In this document: piece after piece, positions 10,672-23,455 of the stretch | How positions within the stretch are numbered: position 1 is the first letter of the stretch | Layout of the letters: every line of letters begins with the position of its first letter | Assembly: GCA_963850305.1 (NCBI GenBank) | Contig: CAWKKR010000005.1 | Span: forward strand, 224,001 to 288,000 | Origin: an uncultured delta proteobacterium | Lineage (GTDB): Bacteria; Myxococcota_A; Polyangia; Polyangiales; Polyangiaceae | Length of the DNA stretch: 64,000 nucleotides | Direction of reading: 5' to 3' | The notes under the pieces: model-generated | Databases searched by the model: none | Seen by the model: the letters and a program-made list of their open reading frames with translations, nothing else | Told to the model about the DNA's origin: nothing | Translations under genes and position numbers: made by a program

Positions 10672-10752
10672 CGACACACGTCCCGCGCGCGAACGTCCGG
10701 GTCCGGTGCTTGCTCGTGATGAGCGAGTTGGTCCGGCGGCGGGGCGGAGGAA
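10672..10752 (+). promoter_or_regulatory. Putative rpsB (S2) leader RNA
   Basis: ACACAC...GGAGG flanks with nested stems (gtcccgc/gcggggc; cttgctc/gagcgag) directly upstream of rpsB, resembling known S2 autoregulatory leaders. Confidence 0.5.
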
Positions 10753-10773
10753 GAACCGAAAAAGGAGAGCGCC

Positions 10774-11655
10774 ATGTCCGAAAATTTCGTCCAGCAGAAC
10801 GTCGAGCCTCGACCGGATACCCAAGCCCTCCTGGCAAACCCCACGCCGGGACAATCGAGCTCCCGCCCGCTGTGCAGCCCCGACGAGCCGCTCACGGTCC
10901 GAGATCTGTTCGACGCGGGCGTCCACTTCGGTCACCAGACCAAGCGCTGGAATCCGAAGATGCGCCCGTACATCTACGGCGCTCGCAACGGTGTTCACAT
11001 CGTCGACCTCGATCAGAGTGCTCGCCTGCTGAAGCGCGCCTTTGGGTTCATCGTGGAGACCGTCGGCCGGGGTGGTCACGTGCTCTTCGTCGGGACGAAG
11101 CGGCAGGCCCAGGACATCGTGCGCGAAGAAGCGCAACGAGCGCAGATGTATTTCGTCATCAACCGCTGGCTCGGCGGCACCCTGACGAATTTTCGGACCA
11201 TCAAGGGCGGCCTCGAGCGCCTCCGCGGTCTCGAGAGGATGCGGGACGACGGCACCTACGAGCAGCTGCCCAAGAAGGAAATCTCGCAGCTCGAGAAGGA
11301 GCGCGCCCGGCTCGAGAAATACATCGGCGGGCTCAAGGGGATGGGCTCTCATCCGGCCGCCGTTTTCATCGTCGACCCCGCCAACGAAACGATTGCGGTT
11401 TCCGAGGCACGGCGCATCGGCGTCCCCATCGTGGCGATCACGGACACGAATTGCGACCCCGACGTCATAGACTATCCCATCCCCGGAAATGACGACGCCA
11501 TCCGTTCGATTCGCTTGATCACGAGCGCGGTCGCGGACGCCTGCCTTCATGGCATCGCGCGACGCAAGGACATCAGCGCGAACCGCGAACGAGAGGGCGG
11601 CGGGCCGCGGCAGCCGGAACCCATGGTTTATCAATCGCGCGGCCGCGGAGCCTGA
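10774..11655 (+). CDS. rpsB: 30S ribosomal protein S2
   Basis: [33 protein letters not shown] and [10 protein letters not shown]. Confidence 0.98.
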   Translation: MSENFVQQNVEPRPDTQALLANPTPGQSSSRPLCSPDEPLTVRDLFDAGVHFGHQTKRWNPKMRPYIYGARNGVHIVDLDQSARLLKRAFGFIVETVGRGGHVLFVGTKRQAQDIVREEAQRAQMYFVINRWLGGTLTNFRTIKGGLERLRGLERMRDDGTYEQLPKKEISQLEKERARLEKYIGGLKGMGSHPAAVFIVDPANETIAVSEARRIGVPIVAITDTNCDPDVIDYPIPGNDDAIRSIRLITSAVADACLHGIARRKDISANREREGGGPRQPEPMVYQSRGRGA

Positions 11656-11665
11656 GGAGACGCAG

Positions 11666-12604
11666 ATGAGTCAGGTCAGCATGCAGCAGGTCAAGGAGCT
11701 CCGCGATCGAACCCAGGCGGGCCTCAACGACTGCAAGTCCGCTCTCGTCGAAGCCGCGGGGGACATGGAAAAGGCCGTCGAGGTCATCTTGAAGAAGGGG
11801 CTCGCGAAAAGCGCGAAGCGGGCCGGCGCCGTCGCGACCGAGGGCGAGGTCGCCGTTCACGTCGCGCCGGACGGCAAGAGCGCCGTCATCGTGGAAGTGA
11901 ACATCCAGACGGACTTCGCCGCGCGCAACGACGATTTCAAGATGTTCGTCCAGGCGGCGTTGACCGCGGCCGGCAAGGCGAAGGCGGGAGCGGATCTCGG
12001 AGCCGAATCGTACCCGGGCGGGCAGGGAACCGTCGAAGAGAACCGCCAGGCGCTCGTCGGCAAGCTCGGTGAAAACGTCACCGTGCGCCGCTGGGCGCGT
12101 CTCAACGTCGATGGTCCCGGCATCGTCCAGTCATACGTCCACATGGGCGGCAAGATCGGCGTGCTCCTGGCCGCCAGGGCGAGCGCGGCGGACGTGTTTG
12201 GCAAGCCCGGGGTCAAGAAGTTCCTCGAGGACAGTGCGATGCAGATCGCCGCGATGGCGCCGCTCCATCTGGGCGGCAGCGAGGTTCCGGAACCCGAGCG
12301 AGCGAAGCAGGCCGAAATCTTCGAGGCGCAGATGCGCGAAATGGACAAGCCGCCGCCCGAGAAGCAGTGGCCCAAGATCATCGAGGGCAAGGTCCAGAAG
12401 TGGGTGAAGGAAATCACCCTGCTCGAGCAGCCCAGCGTGATCGAGAGCGACAAGTCCGTCGACGAGGTCCGTGCTGCGGTTGCCAAGGCCGCGGGCGGAA
12501 CCATCGACCTGGTGCAGTTCATCCGCTACGAGCGCGGCGAAGGCGTCGAGGTGAAGAAGGGCGCGGACTTCGCCGACGAGGTCGCGAAGATGGCAGGGAA
12601 TTGA
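11666..12604 (+). CDS. tsf: Translation elongation factor Ts
   Basis: VKELRDRTQAGLNDCK, EVNIQTDFAARN and YVHMGGKIGV; follows rpsB. Confidence 0.97.
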   Translation: MSQVSMQQVKELRDRTQAGLNDCKSALVEAAGDMEKAVEVILKKGLAKSAKRAGAVATEGEVAVHVAPDGKSAVIVEVNIQTDFAARNDDFKMFVQAALTAAGKAKAGADLGAESYPGGQGTVEENRQALVGKLGENVTVRRWARLNVDGPGIVQSYVHMGGKIGVLLAARASAADVFGKPGVKKFLEDSAMQIAAMAPLHLGGSEVPEPERAKQAEIFEAQMREMDKPPPEKQWPKIIEGKVQKWVKEITLLEQPSVIESDKSVDEVRAAVAKAAGGTIDLVQFIRYERGEGVEVKKGADFADEVAKMAGN

Positions 12605-12645
12605 AGTAGGTTCTCTGCGGTCTCCAAACACCAGGGTTCCTCCGA

Positions 12646-13947
12646 ATGCAGACACTCGCCGACAAGCTGGCCGCGAAATCCGCGCGAGTCGTGGTCATGG
12701 GCATCGGGTACGTGGGGCTGCCGCTCGTCGCGGAGTTTGCCCGAGCCGGCTTCCGTGTGACGGGTTTCGACAAGGACGAGCGCAAGGTGCTCGCGCTCAA
12801 TGCGGGTGAGTCGTACATCCAGGACGTCCCATCGGGAGACCTTTTGCCCCACGTGCGGGAAGGCCGTCTGGACGCGACGACGGATCCCAAGGTGCTCGCA
12901 GAAGCCGACGCCGTGATCGTCTGCGTCCCGACCCCCCTGAACAAGACGAAGGACCCGGACATGCGGTTCATCGTCGATGCGACCGAAGAGATCGCCCGGC
13001 ACCAGCACGCGGGCATGGTCATCGTGCTCGAATCCACCACGTACCCCGGCACCACGACCGAGGTGCTGGTCCCGAAGCTCACGGAGAACGGCTTCGAGCT
13101 CGGGAAGGACGTCTTCGTGGCGTTCTCGCCGGAGCGAGTGGACCCGGGAAACGCGGTCTACAAGACCAGGAACACGCCGAAGGTCATCGGGGGCGCCACG
13201 CCGACGTGCCTCGAGCATGCGGTCCGGCTCTATTCACACATCATCGAGAGAGTCGTACCGGTCTCGTCCACCGAGGCCGCCGAGATGGTGAAGCTCCTCG
13301 AGAACACGTTCCGCGCCGTCAATATCGGGCTCGTGAACGAGCTGGCGATCATGAGCCGGCGGCTCGGCATCGACGCCTTCGAGGTCATCCGCGCGGCGGC
13401 CACCAAGCCGTTTGGCTTCATGCCGTTCTATCCGGGTCCGGGGCTCGGCGGGCATTGCATCCCCATCGACCCGCTGTACCTCTCGTGGAAGCTTCGTACT
13501 CTCAAATACCAGGCGCGGTTCATAGAGCTCGCCGACTCGATCAACAGCGCCATGCCGGATTACGTGATCGAGCGCGTTGCCGACACGCTCAACGAGGTCG
13601 GCAAGGCCGTCCGCGGCTCCCGCGTCCTCGTGTACGGCATCGCGTACAAGAAGGACGTCACGGATGTCCGCGAATCGCCGGCCTTCGACGTGATCCTCGG
13701 GCTCGAGCGGCGCGGGGCGGTGGTGTCGTACATGGACCCGCACGTTCCAGAGGTGAGCGAGCACGGCCTTTCGATGCGCGCGGTCGACCCAGCCTCGAGC
13801 TTCGCACTCTACGACGTCGTGGTCGTCGTGACGGATCACGCTTCCCTCGACCGTGAGAGGCTGCTCCGGGAGGCCCCGTTCGTCGTGGACACCAGAGACG
13901 CACTGCGGGGCACGGCCGGCGATCACAGGACCGTTCGAACGCTTTAA
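12646..13947 (+). CDS. Nucleotide-sugar 6-dehydrogenase (UDP-GlcNAc dehydrogenase, WbpA/WecC family)
   Basis: [38 protein letters not shown] and GGHCIPIDP. Confidence 0.93.
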   Translation: MQTLADKLAAKSARVVVMGIGYVGLPLVAEFARAGFRVTGFDKDERKVLALNAGESYIQDVPSGDLLPHVREGRLDATTDPKVLAEADAVIVCVPTPLNKTKDPDMRFIVDATEEIARHQHAGMVIVLESTTYPGTTTEVLVPKLTENGFELGKDVFVAFSPERVDPGNAVYKTRNTPKVIGGATPTCLEHAVRLYSHIIERVVPVSSTEAAEMVKLLENTFRAVNIGLVNELAIMSRRLGIDAFEVIRAAATKPFGFMPFYPGPGLGGHCIPIDPLYLSWKLRTLKYQARFIELADSINSAMPDYVIERVADTLNEVGKAVRGSRVLVYGIAYKKDVTDVRESPAFDVILGLERRGAVVSYMDPHVPEVSEHGLSMRAVDPASSFALYDVVVVVTDHASLDRERLLREAPFVVDTRDALRGTAGDHRTVRTL

Positions 13948-13972
13948 CCACGAGCGAGGTCGGGTAGATCGA

Positions 13973-14506
13973 ATGTCTCGAGGGTTCGTGCTCTGGTTCA
14001 CGGGTTTGAGCGGTTCGGGCAAGAGCACCCTATCGAAGATGGTTCGCGCGGAGCTCGAGAACCGCGGCGTGCACGTCGAGTTGCTCGACGGTGACGAGAT
14101 CCGGACGCACCTGTCGAAGGGGCTCGGGTTCTCCCGTGAAGATCGCGACGAAAACATCCGGCGCATCGGGTTCGTGGCGAAGCTCGTCGAACGATGCGGC
14201 GCGTGCGCCATCACGGCGGCAATCAGCCCGTACCTGTCGGTGCGGGAGGAGGTCAGAAAGTCGGTCGTGAACTTCGTGGAGGTGTACACGGAGTGCCCGA
14301 TCGCCGTGCTCGCCGCGCGCGACCCCAAGGGCCTCTACAAGCGCGCGATGGCCGGCGAGATCAAGAACTTCACGGGCATCACCGATCCGTACGAGGTCCC
14401 GGATGCGCCAGCCGTACACCTCCGGACGGATCTCGAGACGAAAGAGGAAAGCCTCGCAAAGATCCTCGCGCGCCTGGAGGAGCTCGGGTTCGTGCGCAGG
14501 CGGTGA
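13973..14506 (+). CDS. cysC: Adenylyl-sulfate (APS) kinase
   Basis: [41 protein letters not shown] and FTGITDPYE. Confidence 0.96.
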   Translation: MSRGFVLWFTGLSGSGKSTLSKMVRAELENRGVHVELLDGDEIRTHLSKGLGFSREDRDENIRRIGFVAKLVERCGACAITAAISPYLSVREEVRKSVVNFVEVYTECPIAVLAARDPKGLYKRAMAGEIKNFTGITDPYEVPDAPAVHLRTDLETKEESLAKILARLEELGFVRRR

Positions 14507-14580
14507 ACGGCCCGACCACCGACCGCCACCAAAGAGTCCCTTCGGCCTTCGCGATGCAGCAGGAATCCCCGGGAATCACC

Positions 14581-17500
14581 ATGACTTTTTGCTCGACTAC
14601 GCTGACGTGTCTGGTTGGCATGGCGGCGATCGCGGCGGCGGTGAGCGTGAGCTCGTGCTCCCGAAGACATCGGAGCGGCGCCGCGGCCCCGCTCATCGGG
14701 ACCCGCGCCGGAGCCATCACCGATCCGACACGGCAACGACCCCCCGATCCGTGGCCGGGACCGAAGGGCTGGTACGAGTTTCACGAAGCCGAGTCCATGG
14801 CTTTCGATTCGCGCCACTGGCACGTCGTGGAGGCGCTGGATGGCTCGCGGGATCACAAGCTTGCATCGGGCGGCAAGGTCATCGAGTGGATTGGCAAAGA
14901 GCCGGGGGACGCGGTGGCGAACGTCGATGTGCCCGCCGATGGGACGTACCTGCTGGCAATCCGGGTGGGAGCGCCCCTGAAGGGAAAGCCGCCATCCCAG
15001 TCCCTGGACGTTACCGTCAGGCAAGGGGACTCGGTCGAATACCACTGGCCTCTGGAGCAGACGGTTCCGAAAGACAAGGAGCTGTTCTGGTCCTGGTTCC
15101 AGTGGGTCACGACCCGAGTGCCCCTCAAGGCAGGACGAAATACGGTGACGCTCCGACGCGGCGATGGCGTCACCGATGACCAGAATCAGCAGAAAGTGGA
15201 CTGCCTGTTGCTCACGGAGGATCTCTCCTATGAGCCGGACCACCGGGACTTCGCGCCCCAGCTCTATGCGCGCTTCACGGTCCGGAATGCGCCGAAGCCG
15301 GTTGCTTTGGCTCATCAGCTCACCACCGGTCGGGTCCGAAGGGCGCCCTTCACGCCTCGACTGGCGCCGGGCCAGTCGACGGCGTGGCTCAACATCACGA
15401 GATTCTTCACCGGAGGAGGCAACGATCGTCTCGACTTGACCACGGCGCCCGTGGTGAACGAGGCGGATTATGTCGTCGATTTTGCGACGGCTCCATCCGA
15501 CGCGGACATCTTCAAGGCCGTGAACCGCACGGGACCGGGCGCGGATGTGCAAATCGTGGTTCCGGCGGACGGATCGCCGCCGATGGCCGACTTCGAGCTT
15601 GCTCGCCAGCGCGCCGAGCTCGCGGCGCGCCTGCCCCCCGTCACGTTTGGACGGCGCCCGACGAAGTTTCCCGTGCTCACCGGCCTGGATATCGCCCCGA
15701 ACGTGCGAACCGACGAGATGAGGGTAATGGACTACGTGGGGATCAACGGCCGGACGGGTCTCCTCGACGCCGTGGACCTCGCCCACGGGCTCGTCCAGTC
15801 GAGACTCTACAATGTCGTTTACTACGTGGGGCCGCACGGCCATCTCGACCCCGACGTCGCAGCGGAGAAGAAGGACCTCGAGCAAGGGGGCCGCATCGCC
15901 GCGGCCTCGCCGAACGCCAACCGCGTGCAGCACCTCAAGCTCATCGACGAGGCTTCCGCCTGGAAGCTCGAGAAACTCGCCGCAGATGACGTCGCGCAGC
16001 AGGCCTTCCGAACGTGGCTGCGGAAACAATCACTTCGATCCGTTTTCGCCCGAGGACCGCGCGCGGCTGGGTCCCGGGGGTGTCGACGCGGCCACCCGCC
16101 TCGTCGCGGACCGGTCGACGGACCTACCGGGACTCTATTACTACGGCCAGCGCTTCAGAGCGTCGACCATCGTCGACTTCTTCCGCCGGCTCACGACGCT
16201 CGCGCACGAGGCCTATCCTCCGGGATCCGAACGACGCAGAACTTCAGTGATGGGGCGGTGCTGGGTCCGGACCTCTACTTCCAGGGAAACGACTACTTCG
16301 ACTATTTCAAGAACGATGCTCTCGACGTGGCCCTGAGCGAGGACTGGACGGACGGCGGAGCCACGCGCGAGCTCGCCGGGTGGAACGTTGCGTTGCTCCG
16401 GGCGGCGACCCTCGCCAAGGGTCAGCCAATCCACATGTATGTCATCGCGTACTCCGGCAGGCGCCCGGTGGAGCTCGAGATCAAGGGCATCGAGGAGATC
16501 TCCGAGGGCGCGAAGCTCCTGTATCATCTACGACTACATGCCCAAGTACCTCGAGCAGACCCCGGGCTGGGCGGAGACCCCGATCATGTTTCCGACCATC
16601 GCCGAGCTCACCCATGAAATCGGGGCGGCGGAGGACGTCCTCGTCAGCGCGATGCCCCGGCACGCCGAGACGGCCATTTACTATTCCATCCCCGCCGACA
16701 TCTGGACGACCGGGTTCGACTCCGCGCGCGGATTCGAGCGGATGTACACTTACCTGGCTCTCCGGCACTCCCAGATCCCCGTCGACATCGTCAGCGACGA
16801 GCAGGCGCGCGGGGGCGCGCTCGGAGGGTACAAGGTCGTCTACCTTCCCTCCGAACAAGTCGACCGGCGGGACATTGCCGTGCTCGCGGCGTGGGTCAAC
16901 GCGGGCGGGTACGCTAGTGCTCGGACCAGGGGCAGGGGCGCGCGACGAATGGAATCGCCCGAACCCCGCACTCGATCAGGCACTTCGGTTGCCCCGTCAC
17001 GACGTCGAGGTCCTGGAAACCCTGAAGAGGGCGAGCGCCCTTTTTTGCACGACGGTCAAACCGCAGGGCACCGTCCAGCTCCTCACCTCGAGCGCGGGCG
17101 GAGCGGAACACCCGACGGGCGACGCGACGATCGTATCGGCGCGGCAGACGTTCACGCCTTCGCCCGACGCCACGGTGCTCGCGCGGTTCCAGGACTCAAA
17201 GGAGCCCGCGGCTGTCGCGATCCCGCGCGGGAAGGGAAGGGTCGTCCTGGAAGGCTTCTTTCCGGCGCTCGACTACGGCTGCGAGGCGTACCGGTCGTGG
17301 AAGGACCACGACAGCACGGAAATGGTCGCACCGATCGACATCCTTGCGAGAGCGGAGTCCGTGCTGGACCCGGCTCATCCGAAGCCGGAATCGGTGCGCA
17401 TGAGCCGGGCGGACGAGATGGGAGTCCTGCCGTTTCGCTACCCCGCGGCGCTTCGCGACTTCATCGTGGCGCCGGCCCTGAGTGCTCACGTGTCTCGACC

Positions 17501-17750
17501 GGCGGCCGCGTCGCAGCCCGAAGTCGTGGACGCGTTCCTCGAGGGCAAGGACGGGTGGGCGGTGCCCCTCGCGAACGTCTCCGGCAGTCCCATCGAGAAG
17601 CTCGACGTCGTGCTGTCCCCGGGCCGCCCCACGGCGGGCGTGTTCTCTTCCCGCCGCGGCAAGCTCGTGGCGCGAGCGCTTCCGGGAAAGGCGCTGCAGG
17701 TGTCGTTGCCGCTGGAATCGACGGACATCCTGTACGGCACCTGGAAGTGA
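14581..17750 (+). CDS. Large secreted/lipoprotein with a GH42-type beta-galactosidase trimerization-like domain; about 4 frameshifts
   Basis: Signal with VSSC lipobox. Segments joined across frames near 16030, 16220, 16525 and 16910. [16 protein letters not shown]...YKVVYLP...WVNAGGTLV is typical of the class I GATase-like trimerization domain. Confidence 0.6.
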
Positions 17751-17762
17751 ATGCGTCCGGGC

Positions 17763-19705
17763 TCACGGCTGCGACGCCGCGTGCCATGCCTGAAGCATGA
17801 GCACGCTCCAGAGCGCGTGCTCGTTGTCGCGCGCCGCGAGAGAGGTGCTCGCTCCAGGCGCGCTCGATGGGAGCAGGTTCGAGGTAGCCGGTGCGTCGCA
17901 AAGAGTCGGTGCTCAACGAGATCGCCCGCCCACTCTCGCAGAGGTCCCCGCAGCCAGTCGCCCAGCGGAACACCGAAGCCCATCTTGGGCCGTTCGAACA
18001 ACGCAGGGGGCACGTGCTTCGCCAGGACCTGGCGCAAGATCCACTTGCCCTGGCGGCCGCGGACTTTGAGCGACGCCCGGAAGAGTCCACGCGAATTCGA
18101 CCACGCGATGGTCGAGCAGCGGGACCCGAGCCTCCAGGGACACCGCCATGCTCGCGCGATCGACCTTCGTGAGGATGTCGTCCGGCAGGTACGTGACGAG
18201 ATCGCGGAGCATCATCGTAGCTGCGCCGTCGAGCGCCCAGCTCCGGCAAGGGCTCCCACGTTTCACTGCCCGCCGCGGACGAGGCGCTCGGGCGCTTCCC
18301 AGAGGGACGTCAGGCGCCGGTAGAGCTCGTCCGCCGATGGCGCGTCGAGAATCCGCGCGAGCTTGTGCACTTTCGTCCCGGGCGTCCGAAGGGCGGGCAG
18401 AAAGGCGTGCCCGAGCTCGAACAGTCGATCCCAGGCCTGCGGAGACGCCCGGACCAGAAGGTGCGCCAGAGCGGCACGCGCCGGTCGAGGCACCCTCTGC
18501 AAGCCGTTCCAGATCGCGGGTCCCCACACGTGACGGTTGTAGCCGCCGAAGAGCTCGTCCCCGCCGTCGCCCGAGAGCGACACCGTGACGTCGCGCCTCG
18601 CGAGGCGCGACACGAGAAACGTCGGGATCTGCGACGTGTCGGCGAAGGGCTCGTCGTACATGTGGGGGAGCTGCGGGATCACCGACTGCGCTTCTCCCGC
18701 CGTCACCGTGAGACTCGTGTGACGGGTCCCCAGATGACGGGCGACGGCAGCGGCGGACTCGGATTCGTCGAACGCTGCCCCTTCGTTGGCGATCGAGAAG
18801 GTGCGCACCGGAGACTGGCTCGCGCGCTGCATCAGCGACACGACCGTCGATGAATCGATGCCTCCCGAAAGGAACGCGCCGATCGGGACGTCGGAGACGA
18901 GGCGGAGCTTCACTGCCGCGGCGAGCAGCCGCTCGAGCTCGTCCACGGCGTCTCGCTCCGTACCCGAGAAAGGTCGAGCCAGGCCCTGCTGCGCGACGCG
19001 GAGGGGCGACCAGTAACACAGGGTCTTCCCGGCATCCCAGCGTGGCCGGGAGAATTCGAGGATCGAGCCCGGCGGAAGCTTGCGCGCTGACGCGTAGATC
19101 GAGCTTGGTGCAGGGACATATCCAAATCGAAGATAAGACGTCGTGGCCTGGCGATCGATTTCACGCGAGAAGCCCTCGTGCGCGGTCAATGCCTTGAGCT
19201 CGGAGCCGAAGACGAGCGTCCGGCCGGCGACGCCGTAGTAGAGCGGCTTGATACCGAGCCGATCGCGGACGAGACTCAGCCGCCGACGCTCGCTTGTCCC
19301 AGAGCGCGAAGGCGAACATGCCGACGAACCGTTCGACCGCTCGCTCGAGCCCCACTCGTCGATCGCCGCGAGCATCACCTCCGTGTCCGAATGGCCGCGG
19401 AGCTCGAGCGTCGCCGCCCGCGATGCTTCTATTTGCCGCCGGATGTCGCGGTAGTTGTAGACCTCGCCGTTGAACGTCATCACGTAGCGCCCGCTCTTCG
19501 ATTCCATCGGCTGGCGACCCTCCGGCGACAGATCGAGGATCGAGAGCCGGCGGTGGCCCAACGCGATCCCGCAATCGGCGTCCGCCCACGTGCCGGAGTC
19601 GTCGGGGCCCCGATGGACCAGGGCGTCCGTCATCGAGCGGACGACCTCGAGCAGCCGCTCCGCCGACCCACTCTCGGGGCTCCAAAGTCCTGCGATGCCG
19701 CACAT
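17763..19705 (-). CDS. asnB: Asparagine synthase (glutamine-hydrolysing)/amidotransferase; several frameshifts
   Basis: [79 protein letters not shown] and [10 protein letters not shown]. Confidence 0.92.
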
Positions 19706-19794
19706 GCTGGGGATCTCGCGCGTCCCGTCGACGTGTACCCGATCCCGACCGACCGTCGTCGACCGTACGAGCGCTCGGTTCGACGGTCGAGGGC

Positions 19795-22573
19795 GTGGGG
19801 CGCTTCTGGCTTCGAGATCGGCTTCGGGCTAGCCTCCGCGGAACGGTGCGGTCATCTTCGCGTGCCTCGGCAGAGGAATCATCGGGCGGGGCAACGCAGG
19901 TGGCGGGCGGACGGCTCCGGAAGCGTCGTCGCCGGCGCCTGGGGCCCGTTCGTTCGGATCCCACGATCAATCGGGTCGCGCGTGAGCTGCTGGCGTTCTC
20001 GGTGATCGGCTCCGTGCTGGCCATCGGCTCCGTTCACGTGCCGGTGCTGATGATCGTCGCGTGTGTCGCCGTACCCGCCGGGGTGCTGACGCTGTGGGCC
20101 GATTCCAGAGAGCAGTCGGGGATCCCGGCGCCCGCACTCGTTTTCGCTGCCCTCGCGGTCTACACGGTGCTCCAGGCGATTCCGATGCCCCTGCCGTGGC
20201 TCGCGCATCTGGACCCCGTGACCGCCGCGGTGTGGAGGCGATCGAGCACCCTCGTGCGAGAGGCGGCACCTCGCGTGGGGACCTTGTCCCTCGATCCCGG
20301 AGCCTCGTGGGTCGAGGCACTCAAGTGGTGCACCTATTCGGCCATCTTCACTGCCGCCGCGAGCGCCGGGAGGCGCCGTGGCGTTCGCTGGGGAGCTGTG
20401 CTCCTCCTCGTCAGTGCGACCCTCGTGGCACTGATGACCATCGCCCACGGTGCCGCGGGCGCGACGACCGTGTACGGCATCTACGAGCCGCGGGCAGGTG
20501 GAGAGCGCTGGCACATCGGACCGCTCCTGAACCCGAACAACCTCGCCGGGTATCTGAACCTGGCGACCCTCGGCGGGCTCGGCCTGCTGGCCGCCGAGAG
20601 CCCGCCGGCCCCCCGCTGGGTGATCTCCTTCGCCGTGGCCACCACGCTGGCCGCTTCCATCCTGTCGAGCTCACGCGGCGGCGTGGGCACGCTGTTGGTG
20701 GGGCTCGTCTTGCTCTCCATCTTGCTACGCCGCCTGCGGCGTAGCGCGAGCGACGGGCGAGCGCTCCGCCGGATCGTGCCGTCGGTCCTGGGCGCCGTCG
20801 TGGCGGGTATCGTCCTGGCGCTCGTCGCGGCCGACCAGCAGACGCTAGATGCCCTGCTTCAAAAGGACATCGAAAAGATCAAGCTGCTTGCCTGGATGGT
20901 CCCGATGCTGCGCGATCATCCGTGGTTCGGGGTGGGCCGAGGCGCCTTTCAGTCCGTGTTCGCCCATTATTTCGTCGGGCAAGACGACGTGATCTTCACG
21001 CATCCGGAGAATTTTCTCGCGCAATGGACGACCGAATGGGGCCTTCCGGTCGGCGTCATCGGCCTCGGCACCGTCGCCTGGCTGTTTCGACCAAGCCGGA
21101 TGGGCTCTCCCGACGATCCAGTCGGAAGGGCGCTGTTCGTGGGCCTCATCGTGCTCATCGCCCAGAACCTGGTGGATCTATCGCTGGAGGTGCCGGGCGT
21201 GGCCATCGCCGCTGCCACTGCCGCGGGTTTCCTCTGGGGAGAGAGGGCGCCGGTGCGTCGAGAGCCGCGACCGCCGCCCTTGGCCGTGGATGGCTCGCGC
21301 CGTCTGTTTCGGAGCATTCGGTCTCGCACTCACCGTGATGGTGGGAATGCGCGGAGCCCGAACGCTGGTTTCGGATCGCGACGACGCGCTCATCGACGAA
21401 CCCGCGAAGCCCAGGGACCCGGTCATCTACGCGAGCTACCGCGAGCAGCTACGCGAAGACATCGAGCGACATCCGGCGGACCCGTACTTCCCTCGCACGA
21501 TGGCGGTCACTTCCTGGCGAGGTCACCGGGAAAGTCCGCTGCCGTGGATCGAGCTGGCGCTCGAGCGGGCCCCCATGAGCGGGCGGACCAACTATCTTCT
21601 CGCGGTCTACCTTGCCAGGCGAGGGCTTCGTAATCAATCGCTCATGGAGCTACGGATGGCCACCGACTACTCCCCCGGGCTCTCGTCTCACGTGGCCTAC
21701 GTCGCGCTCGCCCAGACGCACGATCCGGCGCTCCTGCGGAGTGTCGTCCCGGATGGGATCAATGGGGCGCCGTTGCTCTACGCCCTCGCCAAGGAGCCGC
21801 TGCCGGACGCGTTCCTTCGGCTGCAGGACGGTTACCTGAAGGACGCCGCGGAGCGCGATCCGAAGTTCGTGGCCGCTCGAACGCTGGCCGTGCAGCGCCT
21901 GCTCGCAGCGCTCGAAGCGCCGGACGGCACCGGCAGGTGCGTCGACGCGGATCAAACCCGGTGCGCGCGAGAGATCCTGGCGCACTGCGCGGCGCTCGAC
22001 GAACTGCAAGAGCCGCGCGTTCAGGAACCCACCGTCTTCAGGGCGCGCCTGTTCATGGCCATCGGCCGTCCGGCGGTCGCCGCCCGGATGCTGGCCACCG
22101 CGTGCGAGCAGTTCGACGAGCGACAGCAGTGTCTGCGCACGTGGCTGCAAGCAGCGGCGAATGCCCGAGATCCAGCCATGGCTGGCCGCGCGGCGAAGGC
22201 GCTCGAGCTCGACGGCTGTTCCGGACAGCATCGCTGCGCGGGCACCTACACGCTGATCGGCAAGACCCTGGGTCAGGCGGGGGACCCGATGGGGGAGCTC
22301 GCCTACTACGAGCGAGCCGCGCGCGAGGAGCCGACCCCCATACGGTGGAACCGAGCCGCCGACGCGGCGACCGGGATCGGGGACCAGCGTCTCGCGAAAG
22401 GGGACACCCCCGGCGCGATCAAATACTACGAGCGCGCTGCCGGTGAAGCCCCGTCCCTCGATCGCTGGCGCAAGGTCTCGGCGCTCGAGGAAAACCCGGC
22501 GTCCCGGGAGCCTCCGGCGCCTTCTCCTCCAGTTCCGAGACACGCGCCGCAAGGTCGGATAGGAACGAGATAA
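19795..22573 (+). CDS. O-antigen ligase (WaaL/Wzy_C) family membrane protein with C-terminal TPR region; frameshift near 21290; start uncertain
   Basis: NPNNLAGYL, SSSRGG, HPWFGVGRGAF and HPEN...TEWG motifs. The helical TPR-like tail lies in ORF 21290-22573. Confidence 0.8.
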
Positions 22574-22576
22574 TCC

Positions 22577-23455
22577 ATGCTCGATTCGGTGAAAACTCGG
22601 CTGCTCGAACTCCAGGATTCCCGCTACCGGTACATCCTCGCCGCTGGCCTTTCGGCATACAAGACGGTGAAGACGCGCGAGCTGACCATCATCCGGAAAG
22701 ACGGGGACGGTGACTGGCGTCACCGCGCAGGCCGGCTGGTGATCGCTTCCCCGAAGCTGCACATGAAGGACGTGCACGCGATCGTTGATGAGGTTGCCGA
22801 TCTCTGGATGCACGGGTACACGCCGCGTCCCGGCGACGTCGTTTTCGACGTCGGCGCCGGGATCGGGGAAGACAGTCTCGCGTTCTCCCGCCTCGTCGGG
22901 TCCGAGGGCCGCGTCGTCGCGATCGAAGCACACCCGAGGACGTACCGGTGCCTCGCGAAGACCGTCCGCGCCAGCCACCTTTCGAACGTGTTGCCTCTCG
23001 ACTGCGCGCTCTTCAGTTCCGACGGCCACATCACGATCAGCGACGGCCCTGCACACGTCGAAAACACCGTGCTCGATCCGACGGAAACCGGCGTCCGGAT
23101 CACTTCGCGCTCCATCGATTCTCTGGTCAGGGAGCTCCGATTGACGCGGATCGACCTGTTGAAGATGAACATCGAAGGCGCGGAAGTGGCTGCGCTCGAG
23201 GGCATGCGCGACTCGGTGTCGCTCGTCCGACACGTCGCCATTTCCTGTCATGACTTCGTCGCGGACCGCGGTGGTCCGGCGGCCATGCGAACGAAAGCCA
23301 GGGTCATCGAGCTCCTGAAGGAGCGTGGGTTCACCCTCGCCCAATCACGGGCGGAATCACCGTACCCATGGGTGCGCGACTACGTTTATGCCCGCGGTGC
23401 CGCCGAGGGTGAGCCCCCTGGCTTCGAACAGGCGTACCTCAGCGCTTCGGCATAG
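22577..23455 (+). CDS. FkbM family methyltransferase
   Basis: VVFDVGAGIG, VAIEAHP and IDLLKMNIEGAE. Confidence 0.92.
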   Translation: MLDSVKTRLLELQDSRYRYILAAGLSAYKTVKTRELTIIRKDGDGDWRHRAGRLVIASPKLHMKDVHAIVDEVADLWMHGYTPRPGDVVFDVGAGIGEDSLAFSRLVGSEGRVVAIEAHPRTYRCLAKTVRASHLSNVLPLDCALFSSDGHITISDGPAHVENTVLDPTETGVRITSRSIDSLVRELRLTRIDLLKMNIEGAEVAALEGMRDSVSLVRHVAISCHDFVADRGGPAAMRTKARVIELLKERGFTLAQSRAESPYPWVRDYVYARGAAEGEPPGFEQAYLSASA

